Shown piece after piece: positions 55,092 through 64,000 of a stretch of DNA of 64,000 nucleotides (the stretch's first letter is position 1; each line of letters starts with the position of its first letter). Position numbers and translations under genes: made by a program. Origin of the DNA: Candidatus Saccharimonadota bacterium (GTDB lineage: Bacteria; Patescibacteriota; Saccharimonadia; Saccharimonadales; Saccharimonadaceae); NCBI GenBank assembly GCA_024697865.1, contig JAILSC010000019.1, positions 23,526-87,525 of the forward strand. Reading direction: 5' to 3'. The notes beneath the pieces are model-generated. The model saw only the letters and a program-made list of their open reading frames with translations, made no database searches and was not told the DNA's origin.

Positions 55092-55878
55092 GATATTCAA
55101 TTTTGGCTTCTCGCCGCTCGTCATCATCTTGAGCTGGTAATTCCGTCCTCGTCGAATAATCATCAAATTTGGCAATCACCCCCTTGATCGGCCCATCGTA
55201 TACCGGTTCTTTGTCGTAAACACTCCACAACACGATTCGCATTTCCGGTGTTTTTTCAGCATAAAATTCCAAAGCCCGTCTTGTCGCTCGAATAAATTCT
55301 AATTCCGTTTCTTTAGTATGTCGCCACGCTCGTCCTGCCAAATATTTTTCCGTCACTGCCGGCGAAACCGCAATCATCAATACTAACATTTCGTATTGTG
55401 CCTTGTTCGTCATCTCGACCAATATCCCCTCCATCTCCGGGTCCAACAAAGTCACATCCAATACTACATCGTATCCACCCTTAATTAATTCCGATAGTGT
55501 CAAAAACAGCATGATCGTACTAAACTCATCCGTCATCTTTCGGACATTTTCTGCTCCGTAAAATTCCTTAATCTCCGCGTAATGGGGATGATATTCGACG
55601 AATCGCCTTGCCGCCATCAAAATCGGCTCATAGCCATTTTTTTCACAATAAGCTTCTACTGCCGGCAAAATTTGCGTCGTCTTTCCTGAGCCCGAAATTC
55701 CCGCTAGCCTAATTAGATGTCGGTTACGTGTAGCTGCTAACGTAAAATCTTTTACTACTTTAGCTAAAATTTCTGGATATTCTACTAATCCCACCTGCCA
55801 TTCTTCTTTTGCTGGCGAAGGCCAATGCGCTCGCATATATTCGATAATTTTTACGAGTTCACGATTACTTTCACCCAT
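55072..55878 (-). CDS. Zeta-toxin-like P-loop kinase
   Basis: LAGISGSGKTT, RRF..YHPHY.E, GYDVVLDVTL pattern. Confidence 0.65.
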   Translation of the reverse strand: MGESNRELVKIIEYMRAHWPSPAKEEWQVGLVEYPEILAKVVKDFTLAATRNRHLIRLAGISGSGKTTQILPAVEAYCEKNGYEPILMAARRFVEYHPHYAEIKEFYGAENVRKMTDEFSTIMLFLTLSELIKGGYDVVLDVTLLDPEMEGILVEMTNKAQYEMLVLMIAVSPAVTEKYLAGRAWRHTKETELEFIRATRRALEFYAEKTPEMRIVLWSVYDKEPVYDGPIKGVIAKFDDYSTRTELPAQDDDERREAKIEYLTTDLD

Positions 55879-56765
55879 TTATTCGCCTTTCTAATTTCAA
55901 TTTTTTTCATATCTTTAAATACCAACGATTCTCCTTCAGCTTGAAGCTCGACTTGGCCCGATTCGACAAATTCCAAAATGTCACTCTTAGTGTCACTTCC
56001 TGGTATTCTCGCTAGAATACTCTTCGCCATCAATTTAAATAACCGCCAAAAATTCGTTAATCGGTCAGTCTCACTTCGAAACTTCCGAGCATCCCGCCAA
56101 TCTTCTCCCCCTCTCATTACTCGCGCCATACTTTTACCGTTCACTGCTGCATAATCTGAGGTTTGCTTAGGCTGCAATGCTCCGTTTAGTTTAAACTCCG
56201 GTAAAAATTGCTTCCCTCGTCGATTTTTAAAATACCACCCCATTAAATGCGTGTATGAACCAACATATCGCCCGATGCTCTTTTTCAGCACTTTTCGCAT
56301 TTTCGCTTCATCATATAATTTCACCGCCTCCGCCGTCATCCCCATCGTCACGTAACAGGTTGCATACCGAATAAATTTCTCGTCAACTAAAATCTCTAAC
56401 GGATATAATTTTTTGCACTGACGTTTATTCGCGCTAAATATATCGTCAAATTTTTTCGTACCCAATGTCCTCGCTAAATCATTAAAATTCCCATACGGCA
56501 ATACCGCTAGTTCCACATCTTTATCGGATTGCAAAATTGCATTTACCGCAATTATTGCCGTGGCATCGCCCCCCGCGGCTAATACCATATCGCCGTCCTT
56601 CAAAAGCTTTGCAAATTTCGCCGCATTTTTGTCCACATCTGTCTTTTCAATTTCGTATTTCCCCACCATGTAGCCAGTCAGTTCTCTAGCTGGAGCTAGT
56701 ACTTCCTTTTTCACATCCGCCGCTCTAGACGATCGTGGATTGTAAACAATTAATAGTCTTTTCAC
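55851..56765 (-). CDS. Diacylglycerol/lipid kinase family protein
   Basis: YNPRS, AAGGDAT, LAVLPYGNFNDLARTLG, LQAEGE. Confidence 0.85.
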   Translation of the reverse strand: MKRLLIVYNPRSSRAADVKKEVLAPARELTGYMVGKYEIEKTDVDKNAAKFAKLLKDGDMVLAAGGDATAIIAVNAILQSDKDVELAVLPYGNFNDLARTLGTKKFDDIFSANKRQCKKLYPLEILVDEKFIRYATCYVTMGMTAEAVKLYDEAKMRKVLKKSIGRYVGSYTHLMGWYFKNRRGKQFLPEFKLNGALQPKQTSDYAAVNGKSMARVMRGGEDWRDARKFRSETDRLTNFWRLFKLMAKSILARIPGSDTKSDILEFVESGQVELQAEGESLVFKDMKKIEIRKANKWVKVIVNS

Positions 56766-56781
56766 GCAAACTTCCTATAAA

Positions 56782-57162
56782 TTACGGATTAAAGCCCGGT
56801 AGCAAGAATTTCAATAACGAGTAAATCAACACATAAGCCACTAAGCCAATCACAATTTCGACCATGCGTCGCTTAGCTTTTCGTGTCTGCTCTTCATTAC
56901 CCCCTGCTGTCAAATATTGGATGCCCACAATAGTAATTCCTAGTACCCCCAAAATCCCAACCCCTACCGTCATCACGTCTACTACGGTTTGCAAAATACA
57001 CATCACCCCTTCTCCGTTTTCGCCGTCTGCCTTATCCCCACAGGTCTTCAAAATAGCCGTCTCTACCGCCATGGTTTCCGAACCATTCGTAGCTAAAGCT
57101 GGCGTCCCTAACCCTACCAGACCTAAGACTAATGTCATTATTGCTACTACCGCTTTTTTCAT
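56782..57162 (-). CDS. VirB2/TrbC-like pilin
   Basis: Signal peptide, two TM helices with the GIQY.TAGGNE...KAK...VIGL motif. Confidence 0.8.
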   Translation of the reverse strand: MKKAVVAIMTLVLGLVGLGTPALATNGSETMAVETAILKTCGDKADGENGEGVMCILQTVVDVMTVGVGILGVLGITIVGIQYLTAGGNEEQTRKAKRRMVEIVIGLVAYVLIYSLLKFLLPGFNP

Positions 57163-57170
57163 TTTGTCTC

Positions 57171-58142
57171 CTATCTTAAATACTCGTGGAGTTTTTTAGT
57201 TTCTTTATTCTTGCGCAGTTTAGACAATGCCTTAGCTTCAATCTGACGAATCCGTTCTCTAGTTACATCAAATTCATTTCCGACTTCTTCCAAAGTATGT
57301 GGCCGACCACCGCCAATCCCAAATCGCAAGCGGATGATCTTCTGCTCTCTCTCCGTTAAGGTCGCCAAAATCTCTGATAATTGTTCCTTTAGGATTTGGT
57401 TTGCCGCTGAATCTTCCGGTGAATCTCGTTCTTCATCTTCTACAAAATCACCCAATACCGAATCTTCGTCATCCCCTTCTCGTCCGACTGAAGCATCCAG
57501 CGAAGCAATGTCCTGCTTAATTCGCATCACGTAGTCTACTTTTTCGGGCTCCATATCTAGGGCTTTAGCAATTTCCTCATTAGTCGGTTCACGATTTAAT
57601 TCCGTAGTCAACTTTCGGGTAGTTCTGAGCACCTTATTGATTGTCTCTACCATATGTACTGGAATCCGAATTGTTCTGGCCTGATCCGCAATTGCCCTAG
57701 TAATCGCCTGTCTCACCCACCAAGTGGCATAAGTCGAAAACTTAAATCCCTTATCCGGATCAAATTTCTCAACCGCCCTAAGCAGCCCAGTATTTCCTTC
57801 CTGAATCAAATCTAGAAAATCCAGACCTCGTCCACCATATCGTTTGGCAATTGATACTACCAACCGCATATTAGACTCTACCATTTTGTCTTTAGCTTTC
57901 TTATCGCCCTTCACGATTCTCTGGGCCAATTTTGCTTCTTCTTCAGGGGTCAACAAAGGAATCTTACCGATTTCACGTAGGTACAGTCGCACTGAATCAT
58001 CTGCAAAAGAATCTACATTCTCTGCCGTAATTGCTAATTCTTCATCCGATAATTCTTCTTCTCTCTCTAAGTCCCCCGTCTCTGGCTCGGCAATATGTTC
58101 TAATTCTTTCGCGTTCAAAATATCATCTTTTTTACCGCTCAT
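57171..58142 (-). CDS. rpoD: Primary sigma factor (sigma70/SigA)
   Basis: [58 protein letters not shown]. Confidence 0.97.
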   Translation of the reverse strand: MSGKKDDILNAKELEHIAEPETGDLEREEELSDEELAITAENVDSFADDSVRLYLREIGKIPLLTPEEEAKLAQRIVKGDKKAKDKMVESNMRLVVSIAKRYGGRGLDFLDLIQEGNTGLLRAVEKFDPDKGFKFSTYATWWVRQAITRAIADQARTIRIPVHMVETINKVLRTTRKLTTELNREPTNEEIAKALDMEPEKVDYVMRIKQDIASLDASVGREGDDEDSVLGDFVEDEERDSPEDSAANQILKEQLSEILATLTEREQKIIRLRFGIGGGRPHTLEEVGNEFDVTRERIRQIEAKALSKLRKNKETKKLHEYLR

Positions 58143-58221
58143 TATTCTCCATTATATCATACTTCTGGCCCCTGCAACCCTATTTTATGATTTTTCCAAA
58201 CTTTTTTCTGTCACCCCTATA

Positions 58222-58296
58222 TTAGCAGTGTTGACATGCGAGTGCTAGCGTGCTACAATAGGGGTAGACTTAGCACTCTCATGCAACGAGTGCTAA
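58222..58296 (+). promoter_or_regulatory. dnaK promoter with tandem CIRCE elements
   Basis: Perfect CIRCE at 58270-58296; degenerate CIRCE at 58222-58248 overlapping TTGACA (58231-58236); -10 TACAAT at 58254-58259. Confidence 0.92.
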
Positions 58297-58331
58297 TGGA
58301 ATCAAAGTAACCCAAATTACGGAGGAATAAT

Positions 58332-60221
58332 ATGAGCAAAATCATTGGAATTGACCTTGGTACCACCAACAGCGCCTTTGCTTACATGGTAGCCGGCAAG
58401 CCAGAAGTTATCACTAACAGCGAAGGTGATCGCACCACTCCATCAGTAGTCGCCGTCACCAAAAAAGGCGAACGTCTAGTTGGTAAAGTTGCCCAGCGTC
58501 AACGCGTCACTAACCCGAAAAACACCATCTACGGGGTTAAACGTCTTATCGGCCGCAAATTCACCGATAAAGAAGTAGAACGCGACACCAAAATCAGCCC
58601 TTACAAAATCGTTAAAAAAGGTAACGGTGTAGCCGTAGAGATGGATGGCAAAGAATATACTCCAGAAGAAATTTCAGCCATGGTGCTATCTAAAATTAAG
58701 GCCGACGCAGAAGCTTTCCTCGGTGAGCCTGTCACTGAAGCCATTATTACTGTGCCAGCCTATTTTGACGATTCTCAACGCCAAGCCACTAAAGACGCTG
58801 GTAAAATCGCCGGCCTTGAGGTCAAGCGTATTATTAACGAGCCTACTGCCGCTGCGCTAGCTTACGGTCTCGAATCTAAAAAAGACGAAAAAATCGTTGT
58901 CTTCGATCTCGGTGGTGGTACTTTCGACGTCTCCGTTCTTGAACTTGGCGACGGCGTTTTCGAAGTTATGTCCACTAACGGTGATACTCATCTCGGTGGT
59001 GAAGACTTCGACAACATCATCGTTAATTTCTTAGTCGATGAATTCAAGAAAGAATCCGGCATTGACATCAAGAATGACGCTGCAGCCATGCAACGTGTCA
59101 AAGACGAAGCCGAAAAAGCCAAAAAAGAGTTATCCAGCTCCACTTCTACCGATATCAACCTTCCCTTCCTTTCCGCTGACGCTGATGGACCTAAGCACTT
59201 TGAATATACTCTTACTCGCGCCAAACTCGAAGAACTTGTTTCTGAGCTAATCGATCGTCTAGCTGGCCCAGTAGAAAAGGCCCTCAAAGATGCCAAACTC
59301 AAAACCTCCGATATCGACGAAATCGTCATGGTCGGCGGTCAGACTCGTATGCCAGCCGTAGTCGAAAAAGTCAAATCCATTTTCGGCAAAGACCCAATGC
59401 AGGGCGTTAACCCTGACGAAGTAGTGGCCATCGGTGCCGCTATTCAAGGTGGCGTGCTTCAAGGCGACGTCAAGGACATCTTACTGCTCGACGTTACCCC
59501 ACTCACCCTCGGTATCGAAACTATGGGTGGCGTCCGCACTCCTTTAATCGATCGCAACACCACCATCCCAACCAGTAAATCTGAAGTTTTCTCTACTGCT
59601 AGCGACAATCAACCTCAAGTAGAAATTCACGTCTTGCAGGGCGAACGTGAATTTGCCGCTGACAACAAATCTCTTGGTCGTTTCATCCTAGATGGTATTG
59701 CTCCGGCTCCACGTGGTGTGCCTCAAATTGAAGTCACCTTCAACCTCGACGCCAATGGCATCTTAAACGTCACCGCCAAAGACAAAGGCACCGGCAAAGA
59801 GCAGTCCATCACCATCCAAAACTCTGGCAATATGAGTAAAGAAGATATCGAAAAAGCCAGAGAGGAAGCCGAAGCTCACGCCGAGGAAGATAAGAAGAAA
59901 AAAGACTCTGTCGATGCTAAAAACCACCTAGAAAACGCCATTTATCAAGCTGAGAAAATGCCTAATGATTTTAAAGATAAAATCAGCGACGAAGATAAAG
60001 ATACCATCAAAAAAGCTGTCGAAGAAGCCAAGAAGGTGTTAAACGACGATAAAGCCGACAAAGATGCCTTTGAAGCCGCCGCTAAGGAACTTGGCGATCG
60101 TATTATGCCTATCGGTGCTAAAATGTACCAAGCTGAAGGAGGCGATGCCCCTAAGTCCGACGATGCTAAATCTGACGATGATAAAGACGAACCTGTTGAA
60201 GGCGAAGTAGTCGACAAGTAA
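58332..60221 (+). CDS. dnaK: Chaperone DnaK
   Basis: [38 protein letters not shown]. Confidence 0.99.
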   Translation: MSKIIGIDLGTTNSAFAYMVAGKPEVITNSEGDRTTPSVVAVTKKGERLVGKVAQRQRVTNPKNTIYGVKRLIGRKFTDKEVERDTKISPYKIVKKGNGVAVEMDGKEYTPEEISAMVLSKIKADAEAFLGEPVTEAIITVPAYFDDSQRQATKDAGKIAGLEVKRIINEPTAAALAYGLESKKDEKIVVFDLGGGTFDVSVLELGDGVFEVMSTNGDTHLGGEDFDNIIVNFLVDEFKKESGIDIKNDAAAMQRVKDEAEKAKKELSSSTSTDINLPFLSADADGPKHFEYTLTRAKLEELVSELIDRLAGPVEKALKDAKLKTSDIDEIVMVGGQTRMPAVVEKVKSIFGKDPMQGVNPDEVVAIGAAIQGGVLQGDVKDILLLDVTPLTLGIETMGGVRTPLIDRNTTIPTSKSEVFSTASDNQPQVEIHVLQGEREFAADNKSLGRFILDGIAPAPRGVPQIEVTFNLDANGILNVTAKDKGTGKEQSITIQNSGNMSKEDIEKAREEAEAHAEEDKKKKDSVDAKNHLENAIYQAEKMPNDFKDKISDEDKDTIKKAVEEAKKVLNDDKADKDAFEAAAKELGDRIMPIGAKMYQAEGGDAPKSDDAKSDDDKDEPVEGEVVDK

Positions 60222-60248
60222 AAAATAGCCCCTTAAGGGGCTATTTTT
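60221..60248 (+). terminator. dnaK terminator
   Basis: AAAAATAGCCCC-ttaa-GGGGCTATTTTT. Confidence 0.85.
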
Positions 60249-60267
60249 TTATGCTATAATATTAAAT

Positions 60268-61023
60268 ATGAAAATTGTCATACCGGAACTCAAAAACCCA
60301 ACCATTCAGGAAGCTATAAAAAATTTTCCCGAAGTTGAGTTTCTGCCCGCCGATTCTCTCGAGCAGGCCACTGAAATATTAAACAACGGCGAAGCTGATT
60401 CCATCCTTTCTGGCTTGGATTATTCCTCTCGCGATGTTCTCGTCGCCATGAAAGATCATCTCCCGTTAAAATCAACTTATTTCTCCAGTTCTTTCATTTG
60501 TCAAAAAGGCGACAAAATTTATGCTCTCGCCGATGGTGGCGTTAACAAGCTCCCAACTAAAGAACAGCTTTATGTTATCGTCGAAGATACTGCCAAAACT
60601 TACCTAGCCTACACCGGCAATCAACCCAAAATTGCCATGCTCTCTTATTCGACTAATGGCTCCGGCGGCAAAAATCCCGATCTCGAAAAAATTCATTTTG
60701 TCATTGACCAAATCCGAACCCACTATCCAGACTGGCTTATTGATGGCGAAATGCAATTAGACGCCGCTATTATTCCTGAAATCTCTAATAAAAAATTCCC
60801 AGATTCAATGATCAAAGGTGATGCCAATATCCTTATCACTCCCGATCTCAATTCCGGCAATCTTCTTTATAAGGCCATGGAACGTTTCGGCGGTTTCACT
60901 ATTGCTGGCCCCATGATCCAAGGCTTCTCCTACCCTCTCGCTGATCTCTCCCGAGGAAGCACTGCTGCAGATGTTACTCTCACCCTCAAAACTTTAATTA
61001 AACAAATCGAAAGGAACTCATAA
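60268..61023 (+). CDS. pta: Phosphate acetyltransferase (short form)
   Basis: ADGGVN..P..EQL, KIAMLSYST.GS, IDGEMQLDAA, P.LNSGN..YK, GP..QG...P..DLSRG. Confidence 0.9.
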   Translation: MKIVIPELKNPTIQEAIKNFPEVEFLPADSLEQATEILNNGEADSILSGLDYSSRDVLVAMKDHLPLKSTYFSSSFICQKGDKIYALADGGVNKLPTKEQLYVIVEDTAKTYLAYTGNQPKIAMLSYSTNGSGGKNPDLEKIHFVIDQIRTHYPDWLIDGEMQLDAAIIPEISNKKFPDSMIKGDANILITPDLNSGNLLYKAMERFGGFTIAGPMIQGFSYPLADLSRGSTAADVTLTLKTLIKQIERNS

Positions 61024-61024
61024 G

Positions 61025-62344
61025 ATGCATAAATTCGGTACCGACGGCATCAGAAGTAAAGCTGAAGATTTTACTCCTGACTTTCTTGCCCGCATTATAA
61101 AGGGTCTAATTAATTACGCTGGCGACAATATCAAGATTTTCCTCGCCGGTGACACCCGTGAATCTACTGAATGGATCCTGCAAGACCTGGCTATCGCCTG
61201 TGAAACTTTTGGCATCGAATATGGTGTCGCCGGAGTTATTCCTACTCCTGGCATCAATTATTGTTTTTATGAAATGGGTTTTGATTTTGCTATTGATGTT
61301 ACAGCTTCCCATAACCCTTATACCGACAACGGGATCAAAGTTTTTGAACGCGGTCCTAGCCAGGGCACCAAACTCTGCGAACAAGGCCGCGCCAGCATTG
61401 AAGCCGTCCTTGCAGACACGAATTTTCTATACCAACCAGCTTCGCCCACCGATCGTGAGAATCTTCATGCCGAAGCCTTAGATTTATACATCCAACATCT
61501 CACCGACTACATTGGTCAAACCGATTTCACCGGACTTCACATCGGAATGGATTGCGCTAACGGCGCTACCAGTGTTATCAACAAAACTATCTTCGAAAAA
61601 TTTGGCGCCAAAGTTGAACTAATCAACTGCCAATCTGATTACAATACCGAAATTAATCGAGATTGTGGTAGCACCCATCTTGCACAGCTTCAAAATCTTG
61701 TCACCGAAAATCACTTAGATTTTGGTGTGGCTTTCGATGGTGATGGCGATCGTTGTCTAGCCGTAGATGCTGAAGGCAACGAAGTGGACGGTGACGAAAT
61801 GCTAGCCTTTCTCTCTCAATACTTCAAACTCGACGCCATTGTTACCACCGTTATGGCTAACCAAGGTTTGCTTAACTGGGCCAAAGATTCCCACATTCAT
61901 ACCGAAATCACCGCCGTTGGTGATCCTAATGTTGTTGCCGCTATGCTTTCTCAAAATATTAAAATTGGCTCCGAACAAAACGGCCACGTCATTCTGCCCG
62001 GCCTCACTTCCGGTGATGGTATGCTCACCGCCTTAATGACAACTAAAGCCGTCGCCGAATCTAACAAATCCTTAAAAGAGCTAGCTAGCATTATTACTAA
62101 ATTCCCGCAAATAATTGTTAATATGACGGCCACGCCAGAGCAAAAACAAGCCCTAAAGGAAAAAGACGCCGCCAAACAATTATTACTAGAATATAGCCAA
62201 AAACTAGAATCTGTATCGGGTCGCCTGTTAGTTCGTCCTTCCGGCACCGAAAACCTCATTCGTATTACTATGTGGGGCGACAATGCTGAAATTATCAACC
62301 AATTAGCCAATGAACTAAAAACTAAACTAGGAGAAGTTTTATGA
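61025..62344 (+). CDS. glmM: Phosphoglucosamine mutase (phosphohexomutase family)
   Basis: FGTDGIR, TASHNP..DNGIK, DCANGA, AFDGDGDR, LVRPSGTE. Confidence 0.85.
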   Translation: MHKFGTDGIRSKAEDFTPDFLARIIKGLINYAGDNIKIFLAGDTRESTEWILQDLAIACETFGIEYGVAGVIPTPGINYCFYEMGFDFAIDVTASHNPYTDNGIKVFERGPSQGTKLCEQGRASIEAVLADTNFLYQPASPTDRENLHAEALDLYIQHLTDYIGQTDFTGLHIGMDCANGATSVINKTIFEKFGAKVELINCQSDYNTEINRDCGSTHLAQLQNLVTENHLDFGVAFDGDGDRCLAVDAEGNEVDGDEMLAFLSQYFKLDAIVTTVMANQGLLNWAKDSHIHTEITAVGDPNVVAAMLSQNIKIGSEQNGHVILPGLTSGDGMLTALMTTKAVAESNKSLKELASIITKFPQIIVNMTATPEQKQALKEKDAAKQLLLEYSQKLESVSGRLLVRPSGTENLIRITMWGDNAEIINQLANELKTKLGEVL

Positions 62345-62781
62345 ACATCACTACTCTAAAAGAATATACCCCCGAAACTGCCACTCGCGTTCGCGAATTA
62401 TTAATCCAACTTTCCCGCAGCGGCAAAGACAAAGGAGAAATCCCCAAAGAATGGTTCGAGGATTTAATTGCTTCACCTTGGCATGATATGCTAATTGCCG
62501 AAGAAGATGGTCAAATTCTTGGCATCGCTACTCTTTCTATTACTATGGGTCCCGGCATTCGCAAAAATGCCTACCTCGAAGATTTCGTCACCGACTCCAC
62601 AATCCGCGGCAAAGGCATCGGTAGTCAATTATGGGACGCTATGCTCGATTGGGCCGCTAAGAAAGGCTGCAAGAATCTTGAATTCACCTGTGGCAACGGT
62701 CGTGAAGCTTCACAAGAATTTTACAAACACAAAGGCGCCGCAGTTTACGACACTAATTTCTTCCGCAAACCTATCGCATAG
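62341..62781 (+). CDS. GNAT-family acetyltransferase
   Basis: LEDFVTD..IRGKGIGSQL, FYKHKG. Confidence 0.88.
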   Translation: MNITTLKEYTPETATRVRELLIQLSRSGKDKGEIPKEWFEDLIASPWHDMLIAEEDGQILGIATLSITMGPGIRKNAYLEDFVTDSTIRGKGIGSQLWDAMLDWAAKKGCKNLEFTCGNGREASQEFYKHKGAAVYDTNFFRKPIA

Positions 62782-64000
62782 ATTACTACTGGTAGCAAAT
62801 AAATATGCAGCGCATTGGGAAGCCCCGAGAAGAACAATAGCGAAACCCCATAAGCTATCAACAAACCAATCAATACCACCCTCAAAGGGCTCTGCCAAAA
62901 AGTTCGCACCATCAAAATCAAGGTCAGCACACATAGTGCCGCTCCTACCATGCCAGTTTCTAATAGGATCGAAACGTATTGATTTTGCACAATTTCTTTT
63001 GGTGCTGACGATAATCCATTTACATATAATGCTTGTCCTGCACCGCCCAAGCCTACGCCGAACATTACCGTACTAAAATCTTGGCGCCAAACCCGAAATG
63101 CCGATTCCGACAGTTCCAGTCTCGTATCCGTTGATTCAGCCACATACCCGTCGAACACTGCCTCCGTTGAACCGTCTGTTGCGCCCACATCCCCACTATC
63201 ATTTATTCCAAGGTCAATCACACCCAATGATAAATGATTAATTACCTTGGATATTCCGGTAAAATAAGTATCGTCAGTTCTTGATACCTGTGCCATAATT
63301 CCCTGAATATTCAAAGTAAATAAGAACGACAAAACAATCACTAATCCGATCGACAACCATCGCCATTTTTTAGTTTGAACTATTTGCCAAATCATCATCA
63401 CTAGCGTAGCTACCAGTAATGCATAAATCGCCCCCCGCGAAAACGTCAAAAACAATGTAGCGGTGAAGACGAAGAAAAGGATGGTATAATGCTTCAGCGA
63501 AGCGGCATTTCGAAGCGCGGCAGCGCGAGAGTTAGCGCCGGCCGCCCGTGGCGCTCGCCCCTTGGGACGCGAATTGCCGAAGGCAAACGGGCCGGCCGGA
63601 CGCGGCCGCGAGCGAAGCATTAACCAGCCAACCACTATTGTTGGTGCCAACAATAAATTTCCCATAAACTGCGGCTCAATCGCAAATCCATCCGGATGCG
63701 GAAAGCCAAACATAGAATACGTACATCCAGCACACATCAAGCTATATTCTCGTGGCACTCCCACTAGATCCAATACACATTGAATCCAACACCACGCACA
63801 AATCAGTAGTGAGGACCCAAAAAACGCTTTCCAGAATTTGACCTTCAAGCTCTCTTTTTTAAATAGCTCACGTAAACTTATAATCCCGTCTATCGCCAAA
63901 TATAATAGCCACACAATTCCCACCACCAATATTCCGCGCAAAGCATTCAGTGACCATAATACTGACAAAGAAAGCCAGATCGGCAACAGCAACCACATCC
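62745..64000 (-). CDS. O-antigen ligase (WaaL/Wzy_C)-like membrane protein with an in-frame GC-rich insert; probably 5'-truncated by the window edge
   Basis: Multiple TM helices; EPQF.GN, LTFSRGA, FGVGLGG, NQYVSILLETG.VG. Confidence 0.75.
   Translation of the reverse strand, partial: MWLLLPIWLSLSVLWSLNALRGILVVGIVWLLYLAIDGIISLRELFKKESLKVKFWKAFFGSSLLICAWCWIQCVLDLVGVPREYSLMCAGCTYSMFGFPHPDGFAIEPQFMGNLLLAPTIVVGWLMLRSRPRPAGPFAFGNSRPKGRAPRAAGANSRAAALRNAASLKHYTILFFVFTATLFLTFSRGAIYALLVATLVMMIWQIVQTKKWRWLSIGLVIVLSFLFTLNIQGIMAQVSRTDDTYFTGISKVINHLSLGVIDLGINDSGDVGATDGSTEAVFDGYVAESTDTRLELSESAFRVWRQDFSTVMFGVGLGGAGQALYVNGLSSAPKEIVQNQYVSILLETGMVGAALCVLTLILMVRTFWQSPLRVVLIGLLIAYGVSLLFFSGLPNALHIYLLPVVIYAIGLRKKLVS
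63487..63622. repeat. In-frame GC-rich nested palindrome (links core families 2 and 4)
   Basis: Outer arms TAATGCTTC/GAAGCATTA; contains GCCCCTTGGGACGC (63557-63570), shared with the tRNA-His and tRNA-Asp inserts. Confidence 0.8.

Noticed and set aside
33020-60248. Near-identical hairpins at 33020-33048 and 60221-60248
   Set aside because: Short generic intrinsic terminators (AGCCCC-ttaa-GGGGCT) without the core-plus-arms architecture.
63557-63592. GGGACGC and GGCAAAC words reminiscent of the c-di-GMP-I riboswitch
   Set aside because: The order is reversed relative to the aptamer, and they sit antisense inside a CDS.
1-64000. Stop-codon reassignment (UGA=Gly as in Gracilibacteria/SR1)
   Set aside because: Conserved genes translate full-length in the standard code, and the tRNA-Gly anticodon is TCC, not TCA.
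1-64000. Strong C-over-G skew on the + strand
   Set aside because: Consistent with ordinary replichore asymmetry (minus strand leading); no switch seen, so no origin or terminus is inferred.

Overview
This is a 64 kb gene-dense chromosomal window of mostly housekeeping genes, read in the standard genetic code. Gene content and style suggest a Patescibacteria/CPR genome, most likely Saccharibacteria (TM7); this is an inference from short streamlined proteins, a class I aldolase, VirB2-like and type IV pilins, and FISUMP and DUF11 surface proteins. It carries pnp, rpsO, truB, recX-recA, murB-folD, tpiA, hrcA-grpE-rplY, a pilin cluster, aspS, a PilB-like ATPase, pyrG, ftsA, map, adk, rpsU, rpsT, mutM, polA, rpoD, dnaK, pta, glmM and 7 tRNAs. 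I recognise no transposase, integrase, reverse transcriptase or CRISPR array. The main unexplained signal is a set of 10 short structured inserts (about 60-140 bp). Each has a conserved GC-rich core, from one of four partly overlapping core families, enclosed by locus-specific inverted arms. They sit in frame inside truB, recX, polA and an O-antigen-ligase-like gene, next to duplicated 3' ends of four tRNAs, in the pnp leader and in one intergenic gap. Other observations: pervasive leaderless gene architecture, several non-canonical tRNAs, a free-standing NrdD glycyl-radical-domain protein under NrdR-like boxes, two unannotated small transcription units, an inverted-repeat-flanked accessory gene and several catalytically degenerate enzyme homologs. 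All alignments and counts were done by eye.
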